Of a stretch of 32,000 nucleotides of DNA, positions 17,119-25,210 are shown in pieces. Numbering within the stretch: position 1 is the first letter of the stretch; the number at the start of each line of letters is the position of its first letter. The position numbers and the translations under genes are program-made. Source of the stretch: Fluviicoccus keumensis (GTDB lineage Bacteria; Pseudomonadota; Gammaproteobacteria; Pseudomonadales; Moraxellaceae). Where the stretch lies: positions 157,889 to 189,888 of the forward strand of contig NZ_SHKX01000014.1 of NCBI RefSeq assembly GCF_004217445.1. The letters are read 5' to 3'. The notes beneath the pieces were generated by a model, which searched no databases, was not told the origin of the DNA, and saw only the letters and a program-made list of their open reading frames with translations.

Positions 17119-20100
17119 GTTTGCCTGTGAAGGCGCGACCGCCCAATTGAACAGCCCGCCCGCCAGCGTGGTGTTTCAATCCACGCACCCGCGAAGGCGC
17201 GACGCAGCAACCGCTTTCCGTCATGCGATGCCGCCAGTTTCAATCCACGCGCCCGTGAAGGCGCGACTCAGCTCCGGGTGGTCCATGTTCGGGTTAGAGG
17301 TGTTTCAATCCACGCGCCCGTGAAGGCGCGACCCCCGTCATTCTGGCCGACGCCATAGCCGACATGTTTCAATCCACGCGCCCGTGAAGGCGCGACTTTC
17401 GCGGGGGCTTGGTACGCGCCGATGCGTGGTTTCAATCCACGCGCCCGTGAAGGCGCGACCTCATGCAGCGCCTTGAACACATCAACGACGAGTTTCAATC
17501 CACGCGCCCGTGAAGGCGCGACTCAACCTATCACCGCAACAAGGGCGAGGGCTGGTTTCAATCCACGCGCCCGTGAAGGCGCGACTTCAGCGCAAATCCT
17601 GAGAGAGGAAAACATCATGTTTCAATCCACGCGCCCGTGAAGGCGCGACCCGATGGGCGCGTGTTCCTGGCTCAAGATGCTGTGTTTCAATCCACGCGCC
17701 CGTGAAGGCGCGACCTTTCCGATCTTGTGGTTCCGCCTATATGACTGTTTCAATCCACGCGCCCGTGAAGGCGCGACTTTATCGAGGAAATATGCCGGAA
17801 CTCCATTCCAGTTTCAATCCACGCGCCCGTGAAGGCGCGACGAATGGTGGGCGCGGCGGATCAAGACGGCGAAGGTTTCAATCCACGCGCCCGTGAAGGC
17901 GCGACTCAGGTGTGCTATGGCATTCGGAGATACGCCAAGTTTCAATCCACGCGCCCGTGAAGGCGCGACTTGTGTGGCGACGGTGCCGGAACCGTTCATC
18001 ATGTTTCAATCCACGCGCCCGTGAAGGCGCGACGCGCTTTTCAATGCTGGCGTTCAGGCGATCAAGCAGTTTCAATCCACGCGCCCGTGAAGGCGCGACG
18101 TATAGCTACAAGAAAATCAGTGCAAAGACAGGTTTCAATCCACGCGCCCGTGAAGGCGCGACGTTTTCCGATTCGGCGGATTCGGTGTAGACCATGTTTC
18201 AATCCACGCGCCCGTGAAGGCGCGACATGCTATTACAACCCGGCAAACCTGACTTTTACGTTTCAATCCACGCGCCCGTGAAGGCGCGACTGTAGGCGGC
18301 GTCAGGCTCGCCAACTCCGTCTTCCGTTTCAATCCACGCGCCCGTGAAGGCGCGACGGTTGACATCAGGTGACGCACGGCAGGACGGCTGTTTCAATCCA
18401 CGCGCCCGTGAAGGCGCGACGCCTGGGCGATTTCCAGTTCCCAACCGCCGAGGTTTCAATCCACGCGCCCGTGAAGGCGCGACCAAGCTGCGGGCGGGGA
18501 ATCTGAAGTATCCGGTGTTTCAATCCACGCGCCCGTGAAGGCGCGACGCTTTTCCAGGTATGGCCGCAGATTGAACTTGTAGTTTCAATCCACGCGCCCG
18601 TGAAGGCGCGACTCTACTGCATACAGGCCAAATAACATGAAGCCAGTTTCAATCCACGCGCCCGTGAAGGCGCGACACATCGTGTGGAGCGGCAAGAAAG
18701 CGGTTCAGGTTTCAATCCACGCGCCCGTGAAGGCGCGACCGCTTGTTGTTGGAAACGTTCCGCGACTGCCGGTTTCAATCCACGCGCCCGTGAAGGCGCG
18801 ACATCGGTCATTTTTCTTCACCTGTGCGGTGTGGGTTTCAATCCACGCGCCCGTGAAGGCGCGACATCAGCAACCGGGGGCAATGGCTTGTCACCCTGTT
18901 TCAATCCACGCGCCCGTGAAGGCGCGACCCGGCACCAATGACATGATCCGGCTGCCGGTGGGTTTCAATCCACGCGCCCGTGAAGGCGCGACACCCGATC
19001 GACACCACCCAGACCGTGACCGTGAAGTTTCAATCCACGCGCCCGTGAAGGCGCGACATGGCGACTTTCCGCCGCCGGGCCCCATCGATGTTTCAATCCA
19101 CGCGCCCGTGAAGGCGCGACCAGCTGCAGCTTGAGGGTCAGTACAGCGACTGGTTTCAATCCACGCGCCCGTGAAGGCGCGACGCTCCGGTGGCGGGTTT
19201 AAGCCCCTTCATCGAGTTTCAATCCACGCGCCCGTGAAGGCGCGACGCGGATAAGTTGCTGTTCGACGAAGGCGAGAGAGTTTCAATCCACGCGCCCGTG
19301 AAGGCGCGACGGCTGTGCCTCTGCGCAACTGCCGGTCTGTCCTGTTTCAATCCACGCGCCCGTGAAGGCGCGACACGCAGGACTTGACTGCATTTGTGCT
19401 GGAGTTTGTTTCAATCCACGCGCCCGTGAAGGCGCGACCGGCGCAGCATGGGAGTTCTTCACCCCGCGCGCCGGTTTCAATCCACGCGCCCGTGAAGGCG
19501 CGACCCGATGAGCTTCACCGATGTCCTGCAGGTGATTGTTTCAATCCACGCGCCCGTGAAGGCGCGACCTCTACCGGCAGCGGCTGGATCTCGTTGGAGA
19601 GGTTTCAATCCACGCGCCCGTGAAGGCGCGACCCGAACTGCAATTCAACGTCATGCACGCCGGACGTTTCAATCCACGCGCCCGTGAAGGCGCGACCCAT
19701 GTCGACGTTGTTGGAAACGTAGATAGCGGCGTTTCAATCCACGCGCCCGTGAAGGCGCGACCTGGTCGTCGATCCACAGCAGCACGGTCTGGTTGTTTCA
19801 ATCCACGCGCCCGTGAAGGCGCGACTGACCGATCAGCATTTGTTGCAGGTCGGCAGCAGTTTCAATCCACGCGCCCGTGAAGGCGCGACACCCGGAAGAC
19901 GACCATGACTGTTAAGGGTGTGTTTCAATCCACGCGCCCGTGAAGGCGCGACAGGCTGCTGGCACCACCACCACCTTTACCGACCTGTTTCAATCCACGC
20001 GCCCGTGAAGGCGCGACACCGATCTTGATCCGCTGATCCGTTTCGCTGGTGTTTCAATCCACGCGCCCGTGAAGGCGCGACCATCGGCCAACAGTTCGTC

Positions 20101-21043
20101 GCTGACGTACTTGTGTTTCAATCCACGCGCCCGTGAAGGCGCGACGTAACTGTAAGGGGTATCCGGCTGGGTGCGGATGTTTCAATCCACGCGCCCGTGA
20201 AGGCGCGACCGAGCGCATGATGTTCGTCTACCCGACCCAGAAGTTTCAATCCACGCGCCCGTGAAGGCGCGACCATCATCGGGCCGCCTGTCTTCGGGTT
20301 TGACAGGTTTCAATCCACGCGCCCGTGAAGGCGCGACCTCTGGCGCTGGATGAAGTCATCATGTTCATGATGTTTCAATCCACGCGCCCGTGAAGGCGCG
20401 ACCGCAGCTATCGTTCTGGCCACCATGTACGCCGTGTTTCAATCCACGCGCCCGTGAAGGCGCGACGACAGCAGGATTTCCAACAGTTCAACATGCTGCG
20501 TTTCAATCCACGCGCCCGTGAAGGCGCGACGCGGCCGGTTTCCAGATCGTGGGATTCGGCGTAGTTTCAATCCACGCGCCCGTGAAGGCGCGACCTGCTT
20601 GTCGAGGCCAATCCGCGCACCACCTATGTTTCAATCCACGCGCCCGTGAAGGCGCGACCCTGTACTTCCACCGACCTCTTCAGCAGGTAATGTTTCAATC
20701 CACGCGCCCGTGAAGGCGCGACGAAGCGGGCCAGCTCGCACGTCAGCCGGGTCAGTTTCAATCCACGCGCCCGTGAAGGCGCGACGGCCGCATTCCAGCG
20801 CGAACCATGCCCACTTGCAGTTTCAATCCACGCGCCCGTGAAGGCGCGACCTCGTCCAGGCTTTGCGGAACGTAGGCGATGCGGTTTCAATCCACGCGCC
20901 CGTGAAGGCGCGACTACAAGGTCTGGGATGAGCACGAAGACCGTGACGTGTTTCAATCCACGCGCCCGTGAAGGCGCGACGACTTCAGATACGTCTTAAA
21001 ACATTCCAAGGAGTTTCAATCCACGCGCCCGTGAAGGCGCGAC
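17119..21043 (-). CRISPR. Type I-C CRISPR array. It has 61 full-length 31-nt repeats plus one internally deleted terminal repeat, and 61 spacers of 32-35 nt.
   Basis: The plus-strand repeat is GTTTCAATCCACGCGCCCGTGAAGGCGCGAC, which on the minus strand is GTCGCGCCTTCACGGGCGCGTGGATTGAAAC. This matches the canonical I-C form GTCGCGCC...ATTGAAAC with a CGCGCC/GGCGCG stem. I indexed every repeat start by hand, from 17173, 17237, 17302 ... to 20950 and 21013, with a 63-66 nt period. The repeat at 17173-17203 has 2 mismatches. The unit at 17119-17139 lacks about 10 internal nt. The degenerate end is distal to cas2 and the leader. Confidence 0.97.
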
Positions 21044-21234
21044 CACCTACTTATAACACACTGTTTTCCCTAGATCATTTGCAAGGTTTTGAAGAACCAT
21101 TACCGGCAAAAGACCTTTCGCCAGGTTAATGCGGATGCTTTCTAGACACATGACTAATCATTAACGGAAAAATACTGACTGCGAACATGACAGGATTTCA
21201 CTGTCCGCTACAGGTTCGCAAAGTGACAAGCGCG
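21044..21234 (-). promoter_or_regulatory. CRISPR leader
   Basis: This is a 191-bp AT-rich non-coding stretch between the cas2 stop (21235) and the first intact repeat (21043). The orientation is fixed by the repeat polarity and by the degenerate distal repeats. Confidence 0.7.
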
Positions 21235-21525
21235 CTAAAAGATAAGCGGCCCTTTAAGATCCAACGCCGGTTTTGCCCCCACATGCTCAACCCGACGCTC
21301 CCAGTTACTGCCCATGAAGTAGAAACGTAAACTGTCCGTTTCCAACCGCATCTCACCCACCAACTTATTCCGAATCATGACCCACTGGGCAGGGTCAACC
21401 TCAATCTCAAAAACTGAAAACTGCACTCGCTGTCCATAATCCCGACATATCTTGGCAATACGTCGCAAGCGCCTGGCACCCGCCTCATCCTGCAGGCTTA
21501 CATCATAAGTCACCAGAACCATCAT
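21235..21525 (-). CDS. cas2: CRISPR-associated endoribonuclease Cas2
   Basis: The protein is 96 aa and starts MMVLVTYDV (beta1 with the conserved Asp). A GGAGG Shine-Dalgarno lies upstream. The gene directly follows cas1 and precedes the leader. Confidence 0.93.
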   Translation of the reverse strand: MMVLVTYDVSLQDEAGARRLRRIAKICRDYGQRVQFSVFEIEVDPAQWVMIRNKLVGEMRLETDSLRFYFMGSNWERRVEHVGAKPALDLKGPLIF

Positions 21526-21540
21526 GCTGAAGCCTCCATG

Positions 21541-22572
21541 CTACTTCCACAGGAAAGGCGCATAACCATCCAGATCACCCCGCAGATGCCCCGCCAGCAA
21601 CTGCGCCTGCAACCAAGGCAACTGGCCCACCGGAACTCGTTCCTCAAACCAAGGGTGCGTGATTTCTTCCTGTTTACGATCCTGCCAAGCCGCCAATAAC
21701 GATTTCCGGGCGTCATGCTTAAGCGAGACAGCCCCGTTCGGCCAGAACTCAAAGTCCTGAACTCTCACCTGACGGCGATTAATCACTGACAACACAAAAC
21801 GGTCCACCATAGCCCGGAACTCCTCCGCCAGATCCAGCGCAAGACTGGGACGACCAGGCCGAAGCTGGTGAAGGAAGCCGCACGCCGGATCTAGTCCGGT
21901 TGTCTCCAATGCGGAACGACAATCGTGAGTCAACAACGTGTAGAACAAAGACAACAGTGCATTGACCGGATCACGAGGAGGCCTGCGCTCACGGGTGGAA
22001 AACGTGAAATCCGGGTTTCGGATAAGCAGGGGAAATACCTCGAAATACAGCCGGGCCGCATCGCCCTCCCTTCCCATCAAATCGTCAATGCCAAGGCTTC
22101 GTGGCAACACATCCAGCCGATGGGACAATTGCTTGTCCGCCGTTTGCAAGGCGGTCAATGTCTCGACGGGAAGCGTATCGCCATAATCCCGCAGATAGCG
22201 CCGAACGACCGCTCTCTGGTTATAGACTTTTCCCGTCAGTAACGACTTGGCGATACCTACGCTGACTTCCGCATCCGCAGACAACAAATGCTGTTTTCGG
22301 CGAAGCAATACATTGCCGCTTACCGGACCCTCAACGCGAGCCAGAAACTTGCCGTGCCTATCCAGAAAGGTAATAGTGATGCCGTTTTTCGCGCAATGCG
22401 CCATCAAATAAGGGGAAACGGCCACCTGGCCAAAACACACCAGCCCTTGCAGCATATGAACAGGAACCCGGCCCACCGCTTTGCCATCCACGTTCATCAC
22501 CAGATTTTCACCGTCCTTGTGCAGCCAGGACTCTTGCGTCTGCACATACAGCACATTGCGTAACGGGCGCAT
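21541..22572 (-). CDS. cas1: CRISPR-associated integrase Cas1 (I-C type)
   Basis: The protein is 343 aa. The N-terminus is LRNVLYVQTQESWLHKDGENL, and an internal NALLSLFYTLL helix region is present. The gene lies between cas4 and cas2. Confidence 0.95.
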   Translation of the reverse strand: MRPLRNVLYVQTQESWLHKDGENLVMNVDGKAVGRVPVHMLQGLVCFGQVAVSPYLMAHCAKNGITITFLDRHGKFLARVEGPVSGNVLLRRKQHLLSADAEVSVGIAKSLLTGKVYNQRAVVRRYLRDYGDTLPVETLTALQTADKQLSHRLDVLPRSLGIDDLMGREGDAARLYFEVFPLLIRNPDFTFSTRERRPPRDPVNALLSLFYTLLTHDCRSALETTGLDPACGFLHQLRPGRPSLALDLAEEFRAMVDRFVLSVINRRQVRVQDFEFWPNGAVSLKHDARKSLLAAWQDRKQEEITHPWFEERVPVGQLPWLQAQLLAGHLRGDLDGYAPFLWK

Positions 22573-22574
22573 GC

Positions 22575-23201
22575 TTAATCCTCCTTAACCTGCCGGGCAA
22601 GCCAGTCCGCCACATGGACATGCCGCCCCAAACTTTGCGGCTGGCAAATATCCATCAGGGAACATCCCCGGCATTTACGAGGCTCATAGATGGGTGCCGG
22701 AGTCTGACCCGTACTGATAATGGCGCGGCATTCATCAATGGCTTGCAACGTCAGGTCACGCAATGCCTGATCGAACGTAACATCCTGCCGACGCCGTGTT
22801 TCTCCATAAAACAAGGCACCCGCCGAGATGGATTGCCCCAGCATTTCCTCCAAACATAGGGCCTGGGCGCACAACTGGACTTCATCGGCTCGGTGAGACT
22901 TCGGCTTGCCACGCTTGTACTCAATTGGAAACGCCGACTCCGGGCCGTCGTCATCGCGGTGGAATTCAACTACGTCGGCTATGCCTTCGATGCCCAAGCT
23001 CTCGGATGCCAACGGTAACGCGCTTACGGTGCGAATATTGCCCCGGCGCACCTGCTCACGTTCGTTGACCTTCTGGTGAAGCACTTGACCTTCGGCGGTG
23101 AACCGGTTTTCGACCCAGACGCCCTCCAACTCAATCAAGGCAAACTGACGGGGACAATACAAATAATGCTGAAGGCGGGATAAATACAGGGTTTCGTTCA
23201 T
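22575..23201 (-). CDS. cas4: CRISPR-associated exonuclease Cas4
   Basis: The protein is 208 aa. It has an N-terminal Cys in YLYCPRQF and a C-terminal cluster CRGCSLMDIC. The RecB-type motif is DVVEF...PIEYKRGKPK. A strong Shine-Dalgarno (GGAGGG) lies 7 nt before the ATG. Confidence 0.93.
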   Translation of the reverse strand: MNETLYLSRLQHYLYCPRQFALIELEGVWVENRFTAEGQVLHQKVNEREQVRRGNIRTVSALPLASESLGIEGIADVVEFHRDDDGPESAFPIEYKRGKPKSHRADEVQLCAQALCLEEMLGQSISAGALFYGETRRRQDVTFDQALRDLTLQAIDECRAIISTGQTPAPIYEPRKCRGCSLMDICQPQSLGRHVHVADWLARQVKED

Positions 23202-23234
23202 CTTCCGCCCTCCTTGGCTGCTATCAGATTGAGC

Positions 23235-23522
23235 TCAAGGCTCTTGCGGAACCAGCCGGATTTCCAGTTTGCAGCCTACGGCTTGTGCATATTTTCGCAA
23301 TGTCTCTATCGACGGAGAATGCTTGCCAAGCCGTTCCAGCCGGGCGATGGCCGGGGCTTGGGTATCCATGCGCGCCGCAACCTCGGCCTGAGTCAAACCG
23401 GCGGCGCTACGGGCATGCAGCATTTCACGCAACAGGGCGTATTTTTCTTCCAGGCCGTCATAGGCCTGCTTTACGTCAGCATTTTGCAAGGCCTTGGCCT
23501 TGAGTTCAGCGTGCGTCAGCAT
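23235..23522 (-). CDS. XRE-family helix-turn-helix antitoxin (HigA-like partner of Gp49-type toxins)
   Basis: The protein is 95 aa. The HTH core is GLTQAEVAARMDTQAPAIARLE, followed by SPSIETLRKYAQAVGCKLEIRLV. The N-terminal ELKAKAL..ADVKQAYDGL segment is typical of this antitoxin family. Its start overlaps the toxin stop by 17 nt. Confidence 0.85.
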   Translation of the reverse strand: MLTHAELKAKALQNADVKQAYDGLEEKYALLREMLHARSAAGLTQAEVAARMDTQAPAIARLERLGKHSPSIETLRKYAQAVGCKLEIRLVPQEP

Positions 23523-23841
23523 CTTTAACCTCTTGCAATCGACTCTGGGCTATCGGCAACTCTTTACGCGGCGTTTCCTGCGTTTTCTTGATGAAGCTGT
23601 GCAACATCACAATCCGCTGGCCCAGTAAAAAACAGTAAAACACACGGCCTATTCCTTCTCGTCCATGTGGCCGTAGCTCAAAAAGCCCATCGCCCATTGC
23701 CCGAGAAAACGGCAAGCGTATCGCAGGGCCCAGCTCCTCAAGCAAATCAGCCAACCTCAAGTAATCCGCCAGCACACCGGGAGGAAGGCTCAAAATTTCG
23801 GCTTGGACATCGTCCGAATAGTAATCAATAGTGTAGGACAT
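23506..23841 (-). CDS. Type II toxin of the RelE/ParE superfamily, Gp49/DUF891 (HigB-like) type
   Basis: The product is 111 aa from the ATG at 23841-23839 (MSYTIDYYSDDVQAEILSLP...). The signature is GDGLFELRPHGREGIGRVFYCFLLGQRIVMLHSFIKKTQETPRKEL. The 18-codon extension in the ORF track starts at a TTG (23895) and is rejected. Confidence 0.85.
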   Translation of the reverse strand: MSYTIDYYSDDVQAEILSLPPGVLADYLRLADLLEELGPAIRLPFSRAMGDGLFELRPHGREGIGRVFYCFLLGQRIVMLHSFIKKTQETPRKELPIAQSRLQEVKDADAR

Positions 23842-23852
23842 GACATGCGAAT

Positions 23853-23866
23853 TAACAAATTTGTTA
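23853..23866. promoter_or_regulatory. Perfect 14-bp palindrome TAACAAATTTGTTA, a candidate operator of the TA module
   Basis: The palindrome lies 12-25 nt upstream of the toxin ATG, within the 83-bp cas7-toxin gap. HTH antitoxins typically autoregulate through palindromes of this kind. Confidence 0.4.
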
Positions 23867-23924
23867 TCTTTTGAAGGATGGAAACGCCCTTTCAACTTTC
23901 TAAGAAGGGCGCTCCTGCATGTGA

Positions 23925-24803
23925 TTAAAGCAGTTCCAGAACCTCGACGGAGGCCGGGATGGCTTCACGGTCAATCGTGACCTGATAGTCGCTGAATGCT
24001 CGTGCCGGGCTGGAGGCATCCGTCACTCGCTCCACGGTTACAGCTTCAAAAAGCTTGTGTGACGGTGCATTGCCCAAGGCATCCTGATGCTTGAAGACAA
24101 TCAGCTTACGGGCCGACATTTCGCCACGCGCGGCGGAGTGGTCATGCTCAAACATCATTTGCAGCGCTTGCCACACAACCTGCAAATCCTCATCAGAGAA
24201 TCCGGAGCGTTCGGCCAGTTTGGCGGAAATAAAGCCATGCGCGCGATACAGGCCATAGGGAATGATGTGCTTGCGCCCCATCGTGCGGTTATCACCACCT
24301 TGCGCTTCAGCCTCACGCTCGGTGGTCACGGCCATGCGCGTAATGGAGATTTCCAGCGGCAGTACCGGCTCAATGGATTTGGCAAATGAAATTTGGATCG
24401 GCCCGCGTACTTGCCCGGAATTAACGTCCGTCGTCATCACCGCGCCAAAGGTCCGCACATCAAAGAAATGCTGGCACATCCATTCGGTAATCGCTTTGGC
24501 TTTGTCCTGGTCCTTGGGCAGTTTTTTGGACTCGTGCTTCAATCCAAGCGCTTTGTAAGCCTCTAGGTTCTGGTTGTTCAGGACGGCTTTTTCCTGCATG
24601 TAGATGGCATACCCGGCGCTGTCTTCCTTAGCCAACTGCACAAAATTCCGGATTTTGCGCTTCAAACACACATCAGTGACCAGTCCCTGATTGGTTTCCG
24701 GGTCAAGGCGGGGCAAGTTACCGGCATCAGGGTCGCCGTTGGGATTACCGTTGGTGACATCAAACAGGTAAACGAATTCGTAGCGGTTGCTGATAGCGGT
24801 CAT
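23925..24803 (-). CDS. cas7: Cascade backbone subunit Cas7c (Csd2)
   Basis: The protein is 292 aa. It starts [29 protein letters not shown], which is the Csd2 signature. The gene starts 2 nt after the cas8c stop. Confidence 0.93.
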   Translation of the reverse strand: MTAISNRYEFVYLFDVTNGNPNGDPDAGNLPRLDPETNQGLVTDVCLKRKIRNFVQLAKEDSAGYAIYMQEKAVLNNQNLEAYKALGLKHESKKLPKDQDKAKAITEWMCQHFFDVRTFGAVMTTDVNSGQVRGPIQISFAKSIEPVLPLEISITRMAVTTEREAEAQGGDNRTMGRKHIIPYGLYRAHGFISAKLAERSGFSDEDLQVVWQALQMMFEHDHSAARGEMSARKLIVFKHQDALGNAPSHKLFEAVTVERVTDASSPARAFSDYQVTIDREAIPASVEVLELL

Positions 24804-24805
24804 GA

Positions 24806-25210
24806 TCAGTTCTCCTCGGTGTTGTTGGCGTTGGCTTCCGTTGCATCCGGTTTGCCGGCAAAGCGTTGCTGATGCTGGTGGTAGTAGCCGATGACAAACC
24901 GGCCCTGTTCCTCAAGTCGCAAATTGCGGGGGAAGGTTGTCCCCATGCCGTTCATGATTTCCCCCAGTGTCTTTTCCAGATTGACCGCCCGGCCGGGCTT
25001 GTCCTTACGGACTTTGCTCAGGTGATTCATGGTGTTTTTGAGCAGCAGCGGAAAGACCGATGCAGGTGTTGCTGACGCCGCGCCATAGTATCGGTCGCGG
25101 ATCGTGGCATTGATTTTGTCGCCCAATGCCGCCTGCTGAATTTCCTCCAGCAAGGCGAAGAGGCGACCCAGCCGATAGGCGGTATTGGTTTCTTCAAGAT
25201 CCAGACTCAT
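24806..25210 (-). CDS. cas11: Probable Cas11c small subunit, made by internal in-frame initiation within cas8c
   Basis: An in-frame ATG at 25210-25208 ([22 protein letters not shown]..., 134 aa) is preceded on the minus strand by GGAGATACCC, a Shine-Dalgarno 6 nt upstream. Type I-C systems are known to express the small subunit this way. Confidence 0.6.
   Translation of the reverse strand: MSLDLEETNTAYRLGRLFALLEEIQQAALGDKINATIRDRYYGAASATPASVFPLLLKNTMNHLSKVRKDKPGRAVNLEKTLGEIMNGMGTTFPRNLRLEEQGRFVIGYYHQHQQRFAGKPDATEANANNTEEN

Noticed and set aside
17268-20956. Dozens of 60-165 aa ORFs on both strands inside the CRISPR array, for example 18637-19134 and 20624-20956.
   Set aside because: They consist of the periodic repeat translations (FNPRAREGAT, VSIHAPVKAR, APSRARGLK, RAFTGAWIET) joined by spacers. 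They are artefacts of the array.
21044-21075. An extended -10-like TGTTATAAG on the minus strand, immediately next to the first repeat in the leader.
   Set aside because: It has no acceptable -35. It would place the transcription start inside or at the first repeat. I could not distinguish it from background AT-richness, so only the leader as a whole is annotated.
21522-21752. Small ORFs overlapping cas1, cas4, cas7, cas8c and cas3 in other frames, for example 21522-21752, 21925-22242, 24087-24389 and 27702-28120.
   Set aside because: They are fully nested in well-supported cas genes. They have no ribosome-binding sites or motifs, and their sizes are consistent with chance.
23885-23911. A possible CRISPR-repeat-like (CreA-type) sequence in the cas7-toxin gap. 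The minus strand GCGCCCTTC...GTTGAAAG loosely resembles GCGCCTTCAC...ATTGAAAC.
   Set aside because: Only about 9 + 6 nt match, with gaps. There is no second repeat-like unit and no pseudo-spacer. The adjacent toxin is a protein with a protein antitoxin, so chance resemblance within a hairpin is more likely.
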